From the human T2T-CHM13v2.0 reference genome, Homo sapiens: a stretch of DNA of 64,000 nt. Positions 16,000 to 30,093 of the stretch are shown in pieces. The stretch spans positions 15,072,001 through 15,136,000 of the forward strand of contig CP068257.2 of NCBI GenBank assembly GCA_009914755.4. The letters run 5' to 3'. Within the stretch, counting starts at the first letter, position 1, and each line of letters opens with the position of its first letter. The notes beneath the pieces were generated by a model. That model did not search any database, was not told the DNA's origin, and saw only the letters and a list, made by a program, of their open reading frames with translations. A program made the position numbers and the translations under genes.

Positions 16000-18900
16000 C
16001 ACAGACTGGCTAATTGGATAAAGAGTCAAGACCCATCAGTGTGTTGTATTCAGGAGACCTATCTCATGTGCAAAGACACACATAGGCTCAAAATAAAGGG
16101 ATGGAGGAATATTTACCAAGCAAATGGAAAAAAAGCAGGGGTTGCAATCCTAGTCTCTGATAAAACAGACTGTAAACCAACAAAGATAAAAAAAGACAAA
16201 GAATGGCATTACATAGTGGTAAAGGGATCAATGCAACAAGAAGAGCTAACTATTCTAAATATATATGCACCCCATACAAGAGCACCCAGATTCACAAAGC
16301 AAGTTCTTAGAGACCTACAAAGAGACTTAGACTCCCACACAGTAATAGTGGGAGAATTTAACACCCTGCTGTCAATATTAGACAGATTGATGAGACAGAA
16401 AATTAACAAGGATATTCAAGACTAGAACTCAGCTCTGGACCAAGCAGACTTAATAGATATCTACAGAACTCTCTACCCCAATTCAACAGAATATACATTC
16501 TTCTCAGCATCACATTGCACTTATTCTAAAATTGATCACATATATGTTAGTAAAACACTCCTAAGCAAATCCAAAAGAATGGAAATCATAAAAAAACAGT
16601 CCCTCAGACCACAGTGCAATCCAATTAGAACTCAGGATTAAGAAACTCACTCAAACCTGCACAACTACATGGAAACTGAACAACCTCCTCCTGAATGACT
16701 ACTGGGTAAATAATGAAATTAAGGTAGAAATAAATAAGTTCTTTGAAACCAACAAGAACAAAGACACAATGTACCAGAATCTCTGGAACACAGCTAATGC
16801 AGTGTTTAGAGGGAAATTTATAGCACTAAACACCCACAGGAGAAAGCTGGGAAGACCTAAAATTGACACCATAACATCACAATTAAAAACACTGGAGAAA
16901 CAAGAGCAAACAAATTCAGAGGCTATCAGAAGACAAGAAATAACTAAGATCAGAGCAGAACTGAAGGAGATAGAGACATGAAAAACCAAAGAATCCAGGA
17001 GTTGGTTTTTTGAAAAGACTAACAAAATATATAGACCACCAGCTAGATGAATAAAGAAGAAAAGAGAGAAGAATCAAATAGCCACAATAAAAAATGATGA
17101 AGGGGATATCACCACTGATCTCACAGAAATACAAACTACCATCAGACAATACTATAAACACAGAATACAAATAATCCAGAAAATCTAGAAGAAATGGATA
17201 AATTCCTGGTCACATACACCCTCCCAAGACTAAATCAGGAAGAAGTCAAATCCCTCAATAGACCAATAACAAGTTCTGAAATTGAGGCAATAATTAATAG
17301 CCTACCAACCAAAAAAAGCCCAGGACCAGACAGATTCACAGCCAAATTCTAACAGAAGTACAAAGAGGAGCTGGTACCATTCCTTCTGAAACTATTACAA
17401 ACAACAGAAAAAGAGGGACTCTTGCCTAACTCATTTTATGATACCAAAACCTGGCAGAGACACAACAAAAAATGAAAATTTAAGGCCAATATCCCTGATG
17501 AACATTGATGAGAAAATCCTCAATAAAATACTGGCAAACCAAATCCAGCAGCACATCAGAAAGCTTATCGACCACAATCAAGTCAATTTCATCCCTGGAA
17601 TGCAAGGCTGTTTAAACATATACAAATCAATAAATGTAATCCATCACATAAACAGAACCAATGACAAAAACTACATGATTACCTCAACAGAGGCAGAAAA
17701 GGCCTTTGATAAAATTCAACACCCTTCATGCTAAAAACTCTCAATATACTAAGTATTGATGGAATGTATCTCAAAATAGTAAGATCTATTTATGACAAAC
17801 CCACAGCCAATATTATACTGAATGTGCAAAAGCTGGAAGCATTCCCTTTGAAAACCAGCACAAGACAAGGATGCCATCTCTCATCACTCCTATTCAACAT
17901 AGTATTGGAAGTTCTGGCCAGGGCAATCAGGCAGGAGAAAGAAATAAAGGGTATTCAAATAGGAAGAGAGGAAGTCAAATTGTTTCTGTTTGCAGATGAT
18001 GTGATTGTATATTTAGAAAATGCCATCATCTCAGCTCAAAATCTCCTTAAGCTGATAAGCAACTTCAGCAAAGTCTCAGTGCACACATGATACAAAATCA
18101 ATGTGTGAAAATCACAAGCATTCCTATACACCAATAATAGACAGAGAGCCAAATCATGAGTGAACTCCCACTCACAATTGCTACAAAGAGAATTAAATAC
18201 CTAGGAATACGACTTAAAGGGATGTGAAGGGCCTCTTCAAGGAGAACTATAAACCACTGCTGAAGGAAATAAGAGAGGACACAAACAAATGGAAAAACAT
18301 TCCATGCTCATGGATAGGAAGAATAAATATTATAAAAATGGCCATACTGCCCAAAGTAATTTATATGTTCAATGCTATTCCCATCAAGCTACCATTGACT
18401 TTCTTCACAGAATTACTTTAAATTTCATATGGAACCAAAAAAAGAGCCTGTATAGCCAAGACAATTCTAAGCAAAAAGAACAAAGCTGGAGGCATCATGC
18501 TACTTGATTTCAAACTATACTACAAGGCTACAGCAATCAAAACAGCATGGTACTGGTACCAAAATAGATATATAGACCAATGGAACATAACAGAGGCCTC
18601 AGAAATAAAGCCACACATCTACAACCATCTGATCTTTGATAAACCTGACAAAAACAAGCAATGGGGAAAGGATTCCTTTTTTAATAAGTGGTATTGAGAA
18701 AACTAGCTAGCTATATGCAGAAAACTGAAACTTGACCACTTCCTCACACCTCATACAAAAGTTAATTCAAGATGAATTAAAGGTTTAAACATAAGACCTA
18801 AAGCCATAAAAACCCTAGAAGAAAACCTAGGCATATCATTCAGGACATAGGCATGAGCAAAGACTTCATGACTAAAACACCAAAAGCAATGGTAAGAAAA

Positions 18901-19916
18901 GCCATAATTGACTAATGGAATCTAATTGAACTAAAGAGCTTCTGAACAGCAAAAGAAACTATCATCAGAGTGAACAGGTAACCTAGAGAATGGGAGAAAT
19001 TTTTTGCAATTTATCCATCTGACAAAGGGCTAATATTCAGAATCTACACAGAACTTAAACAAATTTACAATTAAAAAAACCATCAAAAAGTGGACAAAGG
19101 ACATGAACAGTCACTTCTCAAAAGAAGACATCTATGCAGCCAACAAACATATGAAAAAAAGCTCATCATCACTGGTCATTAGAGAAATGCATATCAAAAC
19201 CACGGTGAGATACCATCTCATGTCAGTTAGAATGGTGATCATTCAAAAGTCAGGAAACCACGGATGCTGGAGAGGATGTGGCAAAATAGGAACAATTTTA
19301 CACCGTTGGTGGGAGTGTAAATTAGTTCAAACTTTGTGGAAGACAATGTGGCGTTTCCTCAAGGATCTACAACCAGAAATACCATTTGACCCAGCAATCC
19401 CATTACTGGGTATATACCCAAAGGATTATAAATCATTCTACTATAAAGACACACGCACATGTATGTTTATTGTAGCACTGTTCATAATAGCAAAGACTTG
19501 GAACCAACCCAAATGCCCATCAATGACTGGATAAAGAAAATGTGGCATATATACACCACAGAATATTATGCAGCCATAAAAAATGATGAGTTCATGTCCT
19601 TTGCAGGGACATGGATGAAGCTGGAAACCATTATTCTCAACAAACTAACACAGGAGTAGAAAGTCAAACACGCATGTTCTCACTCATAAGTGGGAGTTGA
19701 ACAATGAAAATACATGGACACAGGGAGGGGAACCTCACACACTGAGGCCTGTCGAAGGAGTGGGGGTAAAGGAGAGGGAGAGCATTAGGACAAATACCTA
19801 ATGTAGATGACGGGTTGATGGGTGCAGCAAACCACCATGGTATGTGTATACCTATGTAACAAACCTGCACATTCTGTGCACGTATCCCAGAAATTAAACT
19901 ATATATATAAAAAAAG
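16000..19916 (+). mobile_element. LINE-1 (older L1PA/L1PB-like), sense, about 3.9 kb, 5'-truncated near ORF2 codon ~30; ORF2 EN and RT domains are recognisable but riddled with frameshifts and stops
   Basis: Ordered plus-strand ORFs: 16039-16425 (CCIQETYLMCKDTHRLKIKGWRNIYQANGKKAGVAILVSDKTD.KPTKIKKDKEWHYI.VKGSMQQEELTILNIYAP.TRAPRFTKQVL.DLQRDLDSHT.IVGEFNT.LS.LDR); 16769-16981 ([18 protein letters not shown]…ELKEIET); 17438-17734 (…[39 protein letters not shown].…[12 protein letters not shown]); 17728-18090 ([15 protein letters not shown]…LFADD…YLEN); 18224-18697; 19103-19534 (…CWRGCG.IGT.LH.WWECKLVQ.LWK…). The 3'UTR ends …gtaacaaacctgcacattctgtgcacgtatcccagaaattaaactatatatataaaaaaag. Confidence 0.93.
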
Positions 19917-20475
19917 AATACATCAGAGCTTGTTATCAAGATAATGTAAAAGAAAGTATGGGCAAATGAAGAGTCTGCTACATACCTCAGTGTTACCTTA
20001 TTCAATGGCATCCTGACACTTTTCAACAAAGCCTTCGATGATAGGTTTTAATTGAGCATTCCAACTCCAGGAATAATGTTAGGGAATTTTAATACAAGTC
20101 ATCTACCCATAAGTGTTCAGCATGTTCACAGGATTTTTCTTGAATATTCCAATGTCTACAAGCACAGTAAGTAGCAAACTGGAAATGTGTGCTGATTTAC
20201 TTTGAGCAAAAAGAAAAGACAAAGTTTTCTCCATATAGCGATATCATGCTTCAAAAGAAAACACATTATTCTGATTCTTAAATCACTGCTATTTCTACCA
20301 GCACATCATGCTTTCCAGTATTACAACAATGATTTTCCTTACACGGTTATAAATATTAGAAATTTATCATATACTTTGCATTGTTGAATAAACAATGATA
20401 AAAACTCTTCACATTATTTCAGCTCTTCTCTTACAGTTTACAGATGTTTTTAAACAAATACAGAGTTGTAGAAAT

Positions 20476-20516
20476 AGATGATAGATAGATAGATAGACAG
20501 AAAGATAGATATATAA
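20476..20516. repeat. (GATA)n tetranucleotide microsatellite, interrupted
   Basis: gatgatagatagatagatagacagaaagatagatatata. Confidence 0.85.
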
Positions 20517-22320
20517 TTCTATATATAACTACTCCTACCCTTATTTATTTCTACTTTCATTCAGGAAAGAAAACTGAGAAAACTCAATAATCCATTTTGT
20601 AATGAGATGGTATTTTATACCAGGACAACTATATCAGTCACTCACTGGCTCTATTCTCTTTTGCATTCTGGTCTAGCCAGCATACCATTCCCAGACAAAT
20701 ATTTCCAAAACTCGGCTTTCATTGCTTAACCACCTGATGAAGAACCTGTAATGAACTCTTAATTCCTATCACATCCTGTGCACATACAATCAGCCTGAGT
20801 TCAGGTCTCTGTATACATATTACAGCCACAAGCATCTCACTATTCTAGAACGAACAGCACTCTTCCTAAAAGGATGACTCCTTCTTGGCCTTCTCCCTTT
20901 ACTTGTTATATTTATTTCCAGTTCTGTTATTTTGCTTTTACTGCCACCCCAAACCGGGGTGCTCTGTTTTTGATTTTGAGCTATTTAAATAAAACTATTA
21001 TTAATGACTCATCTTTTCCATGAAGACTTCTCTGAGTTTTCCTGGAAACAGGTGAGAGTAGCCATCTCTCTAGAGTGTAGCCTTCTCTTACAGTTGATCA
21101 TTTCATCATTGGCTAAGTTTCTCATGATGATCAGTTTTTTCTTTCCCAATTTATAATCACCTATTGGTAAGAACATGTCCAGCTAATGATTATGTGTTTT
21201 TTTGGGTGCCTGCTACTGGCTCTAGCAATTAGGAGGACCTCTATATGCATTTTGTTTTAATAAAGATCTGACTTATTTAAGAAAGAAATTAATAAGAATC
21301 TCTCTCTCTTTTTCACTTTTTCTGTCTCTTAATGAATTGCATACATTTTGGGGTCAGGCCGACAAAAGCTACTCATGTAGTTTCAGATTAGTTACTGACT
21401 AATTACTGAAACCCTTTAAGCTTGTTTCCCCTTATAGACAATAGAATAGAATCTACTCATGGTTTATCTAAGGAGTATTAATATAGTATATGTGAGGTCA
21501 TTAGCATTATTCCTGGCATATAGTAAGTACTTAATGGTATTTTTTCCAATTAAGGAGAGAGAATCAGTCTAGTGATTAAGAGAACAAAACCTAAGAAACA
21601 CACAAACCTGGCTTCAAATTCTAGCTCTATTATTTATTAATTTGCTAAGTTCTCTTAAACTTAGATTACTTATTTTTCTCATTTCCAAAATTGGTGATAC
21701 TTATTTTTCTCATTTCCAAAAGCTGAATAATATTTTCTGTAAAACTTTGGGAAGATTAAATAGGTAATAAAGATGTGATCCATATGTCAACAAACATGAT
21801 GTGTGTGCACTGTGATCACTAAAAAAAAATCTAATGGAATAGTGGGAGAGGATATAACCATCTCCTGTCCCTGGAGGGAAACTCAGGCAGCTTCCCTGGC
21901 TTTTCCTCTTATTATTAGTTAAAAAGGAAAGGAAACCTAACTATTATTTTACACTGAAAACACACACTTGATTCAGTCATCAGAATGTTCAGTTAAATTT
22001 AATAGTGAAAACCCTAAATCTGACTGAACATGCATGTCACCCCTCAACCAGATGGTATCTGTTTCAGGCTGGGACTTACAATGGTGCAAGGGCTCTGCTC
22101 TTTCTCTTTACCTGCTCACAGTGTCTCCCAGTCCTCATCTGCACTTCTGGAGTAAAGTCGGGGAGAGCATGAAGAGAAATTGCCTGCGTGGCTTCATGCC
22201 TTCTGGTTTTAGCACATAGCTAAAGCTGGCAGTTCTTGGTGGAAGAGCCTTGCAGATGATTACAGATGATCTCAGGATTGCTGCTACAGACTGTTTGTAC
22301 ATTACCAAAATTCTATGCAG

Positions 22321-22652
22321 AATCCTAATCCCCCATGTGTTTGTATTTGAGATGGGGCCTTTGGGAGGTAATTAGGTTAAGATGAGGTCATGAGGGTAGA
22401 GGTCCCATGATGGGATTAGGATCCTTATAAAGGGACGAAGAGCTCAGAGCTTTCTCTCCACCCTGTGAGGAGGTAGTGTGAAGACAATTATCTGCAAACC
22501 AGAGAACGAGCCCTCACCAAAAGCCTGAAGATGCTGGCACCCTGATCTTTAACTTACAGCCCCCAGAACTGTGAGAAATAATCCTTTGTTGTTTAAGCTC
22601 CCCAGTCTATGACAGCTTGTTATAGTAGCCTGAACTGACTAGGACAGTTGCT
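22321..22652 (+). mobile_element. Ancient MaLR-type solo LTR (MLT1-like)
   Basis: aatcctaatcccccatgtgtttgtatttgagatggggcctttgggaggtaattaggttaagatgaggtcatgagggtagaggtcccatgatgggattaggatccttataaagggacgaagag…caccctgtgaggag…atctgcaaaccagagaacgagccctcaccaaaagcctgaagatgctggcaccctgatctttaacttacagcccccagaactgtgagaaataatcctttgttgtttaagctccccagtctatgacagcttgttatagtagcctgaactgactaggaca follows the MaLR/MLT1 LTR architecture as I remember the consensus. Subfamily not assignable by eye. Confidence 0.55.
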
Positions 22653-25600
22653 TCAGGAAACTCTTTGAATGTTCTCTTTAGCCAATGTCTCTGGATCCCA
22701 GACAGATCCATCTCTATTCCAGGATCTCAAGATTCTTGCCTCAACTCCTACCCACAGGCTGAACATTTTTCCCCTGGGGTCTCCTTATGTCTTCAGCAGC
22801 CCCAAGATAGACCTTGGAAGACCTGAGATAATTCTATACCAATGCTCTCTTCCAGATGGCCCATAGCTGACTTATGCATTATCCCTCGTTCCATTAAACT
22901 AGATCACCTCCTTTTGATTTCCCTATTTTAGCCCTACTCTTAGCTCTAGACTTTCCAAGTATAAGTTAGATCTAAGCCATAGTCCATGATAGCTTTCTCA
23001 GTCATGACTATCAGTAATTTACACCCCCCTTAAGTTCTTATCTTTCATATAAAAGGGAGGAGGAATTGGGAGATACCTTCACACTTTTTTTCTCTCTAAA
23101 CCTTTTCTTAAACCCTTGATCTGACTGAAGATTCTAACATCCTGACATCTGTCCTGATATCGATCCTGTCCTACCTCAGTCAAAATTGAGGAGGAAGTTA
23201 TCCTTCTAATATCTTATTAGTATTTACAACACATAGAGAAAGGCTCAACATGAGGACTGGCTACATAATTTGCTGGGTCCAGTGCAGAATGAATATTCAG
23301 GTCCTCTTGCTCACAAATTACTAAGAATTCCAATGACAGTAGCCGAGCGTTAAGCTGCTCGTTGCAGCATGGAATCCTGATGGCCCAGGTTACATGCCCA
23401 TGGAGTAGGCTCTAGAAAACAGATGGTAGAAGTACTCATTGTTGTTAGTCCATCGTTGTTAGTCCCTTGGCCCACCTCCCACATGATACCACTTCTCTCC
23501 GATGTGCCTGAGTGACCTCAGCAGCACTGAGATTCTTACTAGTAATCCATTACCAAAGACTCCACTGTGGCTCATTTGTGCATGGTTCATAACTGATTTC
23601 ACGCTGAAACAAAAACCGGTCAATTTAGATCTGAGCAGATTTTCCCCAAATTAACTGGCCACTTCCCCGATAATGAAATAGGGCCTCATTAATATCCTTT
23701 GTAATTTTTTTTTCCAATTTCATTCAGTTGAAGAAAGCAAAAATATCTAGAAAAATGTGTAAAGACTACTACGTGTACCAGTAGCCTCTTTATTTTAGCT
23801 TTGAAAAAAAAAATACTCAAGTAATAAGACAAAAACAGAGTCTTATAGTCAGGAAGTTTGAGGATGAAAGTACAATGTGCAATTCATCAAATATCTAATG
23901 CGTGTCATTATTTCCATTAAGGTATTTTGTGTTGGGAGAAAATAAGACAGTTCTCGGAAAAGGGAGGTTTGTTTTTCTAATTCAATGGCACAGAATCTAA
24001 CATCCCTGAGCTAAGGTTCAGCAGGAGCTCATAGAGTCAGCGTTGAGATGCAGACACTGCAGATATCATCCATCTCTCTGACACACGCAGGGCCTCATTG
24101 TGTGGCTGCCAGACACAGTCCGCTGAGATGAGAATGTCACAGAATACAGAAAAGGAAGCAACGCTATTGGGCTCATTATTGCTCTTATCTATGAATAGCT
24201 CCATAAAAAGCAGCTCTGGAGAACATTGTTCTGAGATGAAGAAATGGAGGTTTGGTCCATGGCCATCACGATTAACATAGACAGTCAAGGAGTTAAGTGG
24301 ACAGTGCATGGGGAATGTGGGAACTCTACATGTTAGCCAGGGAGTGAGGGGACTATATCTTTTTCAGAGCAATATTTTTGGTGCAGGAGCTGACTCATCA
24401 GATTAGCAGCCTCTCAAGATTGATGATGTTTCTGCCTTGCCTATTCCTCTAATTCTAAACCAAAAGTGATAAAGAGTACCCAATACAGAAGACATCACTC
24501 AGTCATCACTGAGAAAAGCCATTAAAATGGCAGTGTGTGCATAGAGTTGGGCAGAGTACAGGTAGAGAAACACCCAGTTACAGTTCATGCCTGAGCCTTC
24601 CTCAGTGTTTAAAAAAGAAAACAGCAAAGAGAAGATTGTCACAAGTAATCTGGAACAGGCAGACCCTATAAGGACGAAGGGCTTTGTCTAGATAAACATA
24701 ACAAAACAGGGTAGCATACGGTCATTTATGTTCTATGACAAAGAAGAGGTTTGGGTCAGTTCCAAATGAGAAACTTTTGGGGTGAGGTCAAATGCACACC
24801 TTATTGTCTTTTACTGCCATATATGAGAATTACCTGGTTTAGTGTAACACTTTGGGATGCATAATTTGACCCATGACCTTGAAATCTGCATAAAATAGAT
24901 TATTCTTGAAAGGATCTCATGCCATAAAAGATCCACACCTCTCATCCACTGCCCCACCCCCACTGCCTTTTGTTTTAAACAGAACTTCTTTTAGGAAAGT
25001 AGACAATTAGTGCAAAATCTATCAGAAGGCGTCTCAACCTGTCCTGCAGTCTCCAGCCAGGAACTCCCTGGAAGGAGGCCATGTAACTCATTATTTGTTA
25101 GGCCATGGCCTATTTTTTCCAGGCTGTTGTATAAGGCAAATCCATTGCCTCATTTCTCATAGCCTCTCTACAAAAGAAAAAAGCAGACAGATCTTCCCAA
25201 ACTCAGACAGAATATTGTGCACAGCCAAGTGGGCTGAAAAAACATGCTGCCAAATTGGCTAGCATAGCTCCATGTATTGCTCTCTTTCCAGAGTTTCAGC
25301 AACAACAACAGAGATGCTGACCCCAAATAAATGCAAGAGAAGACTCATATGCTTCTATTTGGACAGAACCAGGACTCTAAAAAGCATGCAAGAGATATTT
25401 CCACCAAGCCTCGGTGCTCCTCAGAAGTATCACAGGGAAGTCTGGTAACTAACATTTAAAAAATAAATAAATCTGAGCCAGAAAAAGTTCGTGTAAGATA
25501 GATAAATACTAAAATGGGCCAAACCATCACCACATATGGGACAAGTCAATTACACACACAGATGGGTCCTAGGTCAAGTCCTGCTGTTAAAGCATTATCA

Positions 25601-25654
25601 ACATTCCCTACAAGCATGTTATAATCTTCGTAATCCTAATAAATAATTAATAAT

Positions 25655-25830
25655 AGCTATCATTTATTGAGTGTTTGCTAAGTTTCCGGCTCTGTGATAA
25701 GGACTTTACATGACCTAATTCTGACCACAACTCTGATATCATTCCAACTTACAGATGAGAATATGGAAGTTCAGAGGAGTTCAGACACTTGTTCCAGCTG
25801 ATCTCAGAACAGGCTGATTCTAATGTCTTT
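25655..25830 (-). repeat. MIR SINE fragment (antisense)
   Basis: 'atagctatcatttattgagtgtttgctaagtttccggctctgtgataaggactttacatgacctaattctgaccacaactctgatatcattccaacttacagatgagaatatggaagttcagaggagttcagacacttgttccagctgatctcag' resembles the reverse complement of the MIR consensus (…tagctaacatttattgagcacttactatgtgccaggcactgttctaagcgctttacatg…attttacagatgaggaaactgaggcacagagaggttaagtaacttgcccaaggtcacacagct…). Confidence 0.5.
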
Positions 25831-26096
25831 TGCTACTACCTTGCTTCCAACATCATTCAGTTGCCTTTAAAATAAACAACTTCTGGCTTTTCACTCGCGT
25901 TGTTTTCACCAGCACTTACCACGTGTAGAGCAATGAACATCTATGACAAATAATATTGATATCACTTTTGCCCTTAGAGAATTAAAAAAAAAAATCTCTG
26001 AGATTATTGACAGTAAGGAAAGAATAGAAACAGAATGTCTACAGGTCAGATATTTCTCTCGTCCTAGTGGTACTCCTTTCCTATCCCAGCAGTTGA

Positions 26097-26137
26097 TTCT
26101 CTCTCTCTCTCTCTCTCACTCCCCTTTCTCTCTCTCA
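26097..26137. repeat. (CT)n dinucleotide microsatellite, imperfect
   Basis: ctctctctctctctctctcactcccctttctctctctc. Confidence 0.85.
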
Positions 26138-29100
26138 TTTGTTTGATCACAGCAGTCCTTATGGCCATGCAACACAATGTGAAGGCCGACTCCCATCTGC
26201 CCTCTTTTCTCATAGACCAATAGAGAGGCATTCAGATTGTAAGGACCACATTCCCAGAAGCTGCAGGGCCTCTGGTGGTGGTCAGGAGATTGGAAACTCT
26301 ATGGCCTCAAAACACTTCATCAAGCCATTCAGCCAGTGGCATTTCACATAATGCTACATGATTAAAGACCATGAAGGTTAAACATTCTAACCAGACACAT
26401 ATGTCTAGCAAGGGTCTTTTGAAAACCCCCATTCTGAGGAACCATCTGGACATTCCAGGTGATCTCCATGCCTACTGATGGGAGTTTACTCCATCATACA
26501 TAATTGTTTGGGCAATCCAGCAGAGAGTGTATTTGATGGCCCCTTTTGTTTTAGCTTCTTTAAGAAGAGAGCCAAAGATTGACTTCACTTTCATCAAAAG
26601 AATATTAAGTTACACATAAAGAATGTCCTGGCTCTTAAAGGGTGTTAGAATTTAGAACTTGTTCCTGAGCAGTGTAAAGATTCAGATTCCAACTGAGACT
26701 CTGAAGACTGAGAAAGAGAACTCAGAGAGTGGATGCTGAAATTACAGAGGAGTAAGTTTTAGCTGCACTCATGGAAGAATTTTCCAACAGCAAGTACAAT
26801 GCATGATTTGAATAGATTCTCTGGCTTTCAGGAACCAAGATATTCATAAAATCAGAGAGCCAGATGAGATGTTAGTAGTTATCTCTCTAGCACACTCCTT
26901 TATCTGAAGAGGAAAAGGGTCCGAAGGCTGGCAACGTGAAGACTGGGCCCCAGACTCTCAGACTTCTGACACAGGATAGAGCATTTTCCTCAAAACGGGC
27001 TGGATATGTTAAAACAGTGACTTGATAAATAACCGTTTGGAAGGGTGCGGTTATGATTCAATGTTTAGATGGGAGAAAGGGGGTCAAGTGTTATTTTTAA
27101 TTCTAATAGCTTAAGATATTATGGCTAACTACTCAGGATAATTAGTATAAGCCTGCTAAGTGACAATATACTAGATAACCTGAAGATCCCTTCCTCATCC
27201 TGAATATATATGGAAAGAGGCATCATCTTTGATAAAGAAAAATCATTCAGGATACATTCGATAAAAAACATCATTTCACATGAGCAAACTTTTGGTAGTG
27301 ATGAATATGTTCAATATCTTGATTGTGCTGATGGTGTCAGAGAGAAATCCATAGGTCAAAACATCACATTATATGCTTTAAATACATACAGTGTTTAAAT
27401 GTCAGTTATCCCTCAATAGAGTAGTTAAAAATGTTTTAAAAAATCACTTCCGTAGAATGCCACATATAAAACACAGTTTATATGCTTATATGTAGACGTG
27501 TGTGTTACTGCACAAAATTGTGAAATACAGAAGCAAAAAACAATGCCATCCAGATCATTTTATTAGATTATCTAAATAAACATTGTACTAATATCAGTAC
27601 TCTTTTCACCTCCCTTTTAGGAAGTAATTTTTTAACATATTTTTTGTCTTTTGCCCTGTGGTATAAGGTCTTCCAAAGGATATTTAATTTGATTGGAAAC
27701 TGACTGATTTATGAAACGCAAAATGGTCTTTTATAAAAAGTCTCTGGAACGTGAATGCTTTACAGCAGACCACAGCTCTCATTTATTTCATATTTGAAGT
27801 TTGGGACCTTCAGAATATATTTGACTCTGGAGATCCACACTATTTTGTGATGTACAATTTTGCTCAATCATAAAGACAAGGGTCACTTTGCAAAAAAGAG
27901 TCACTTAAGAGGATAAATGAGATTGTGTAATAAACACATTGCCATGATTCAGTTGAATTCATCCAAGAGTTTTTGAAATTCTATTCTTTGGCATTATCAG
28001 CTAATCAGTATTTCTCATTAAGCCTCTGAAGGACCACTTACAATTCAGTATTGCTTGATTTCATTTTATATGAACATTTATATGTCACATTGGCAGTCAT
28101 GAATTTGAGATTTCTTGAACAAATACAAACTTAGCCCTTGTGGAAATCCGAGGTCTGATATTAATTTTGTGATAATAAAAGAAGGAAGAATTTAGGATTA
28201 AAGAGCATAATCTTGTCAAGGTTTTTGGCACTTCATTCAAACATACATACCACATTTTTACTACCCTTTCCTTGAAAAGTTATGTGTATGACTCTGTATA
28301 CAGATTGTGAATGGATGACAAAATATTGCCAGTGATTCCAGTATTTACTAGAGTTAAACTCTCCCTGACATAGAATAATACTGAATAAACCTAACATGTG
28401 ATTTGTCAATTTCTACTTAAATTTCTTTCTCTTCATATGCTGTATCTACTTGATTTTGCCTACCTTTTTGTTTGCATAAACTGAATATAACACTCTCCAC
28501 AAATTAGTTATCATTGGATATTACATTCACTATATTTTTTAAAAATCTTGATTTTCCTAGCCCTGGTCAGATTTAACCATAATCGAAAGAGGATCTAACC
28601 TAACCCTGATAAGAAACACTGAATCAGACGGAGAGAGAAGGCCCAGAGTCATAGATTTGGATCCTGAAACACTGGATCTAAACTGTTTTGCACTCTACTC
28701 CTGATTTGGTTTTTTTGTTTGTTTGTTTCTTCGTTTGTTTTTTCCTAACCACTGTTGGTTGTCAATATCATCAACATCTCCATTTATAGTGTCCTTTGTC
28801 CTGCCAGTTCGGCCAAGGAGCCCATTCTCTTGATTCTTAGTTCCCTTCCCTGCCTCCATTTTACTACACAATGTCCAGAGAGGTGCGGGTTACCTCAAGT
28901 TTAAAACAAATAAAAGTCAGATCATACCCTCCTATGTCTTCCCTACTGAGAAGTAGGACCTAGACCAAGACTATTTGATATTTTAGGGTCCATTCAAAAC
29001 ACAGTCTAAAGCTCCAGGATTTCTGTAGCCACCGAAGAGGTTTACTCTGTGACAAATATAGAAGCTACGGCAGTTAATTCTACGGTTTTATGATTTTAAG

Positions 29101-30093
29101 GAGAAAATAGTCATCATTATTTAATTTCTATAAGGACATAATTTGTGTTAGCAACGTGTTTTAATGCATTTGATTGTGCTTGTTTCTTCTGTTATTGCTT
29201 TCTTCCTTTTGTTATGTATTAGCTTGAGGAGAGTAAGGATTAAATGATTTAGAGAGTTTCTTGTCATATGTTTAATATCAGATGGCATTATACCTGACTA
29301 GAGCTATACCCTGGTTGTTAGTTAACTAGTGATCCAAAGGATGTTGACAACAGACTTTTTCCCAATTGGCTTTTTGCTTTTAAAGTAAAAGAACAATTTA
29401 AAATAAAACAAATTAACTTTGTTCCAGTTTTTGATATTTCAAATAATAATTATATAGACGAGGACTCAGAATGGTTAATTTAATTGAAATGTCTAAGCCC
29501 AAGGCTACTAGACCTTAAAAAAGTGGATAGCTTATGCAGATACACAGATAATGGTTTAATAATATGCATTATCTCCTTCGAAGTTGGTACACTTGCATAA
29601 ACAATGGCTCAAAAGCTATCAGCCAAACCGAAAGTGTACTGGTGTAGAAAGTGCTGAATGCTTCCATTATGCATTATTTTAGCCGAGGTAATGAATATTG
29701 TATGATCCTTTAATGTTGAGGTAGTTTGTACTATTTTGGTGTCTGTTATTCTTAGAGGAACCTTAAGTAATGTAATGGAGCTAAGCTTAAATGCTATTTT
29801 GCTGTTTAGGTCATTATTGTTCCTTTTTTGTCTGCACTTTGGATTATATAAAATCCTGAAAAGGCAAGAAGACACTTTAAAGATGCGACAGAATCAATGC
29901 TAATTTTAAAGTAAATCTTTCCCAGGAGAAACACAAAGCATTTTCACTTATGATTTCTAAATAGAGTATAGGTGCCTGAAAAATGGCCAAATATTTAATT
30001 CCTGGAAAAGACATCATAAATAAACATCATTATAATCATGAATTAGATGAGGGAATTTAGGGGATTATAAGATTAGGTGACTGCCTAGAACTA

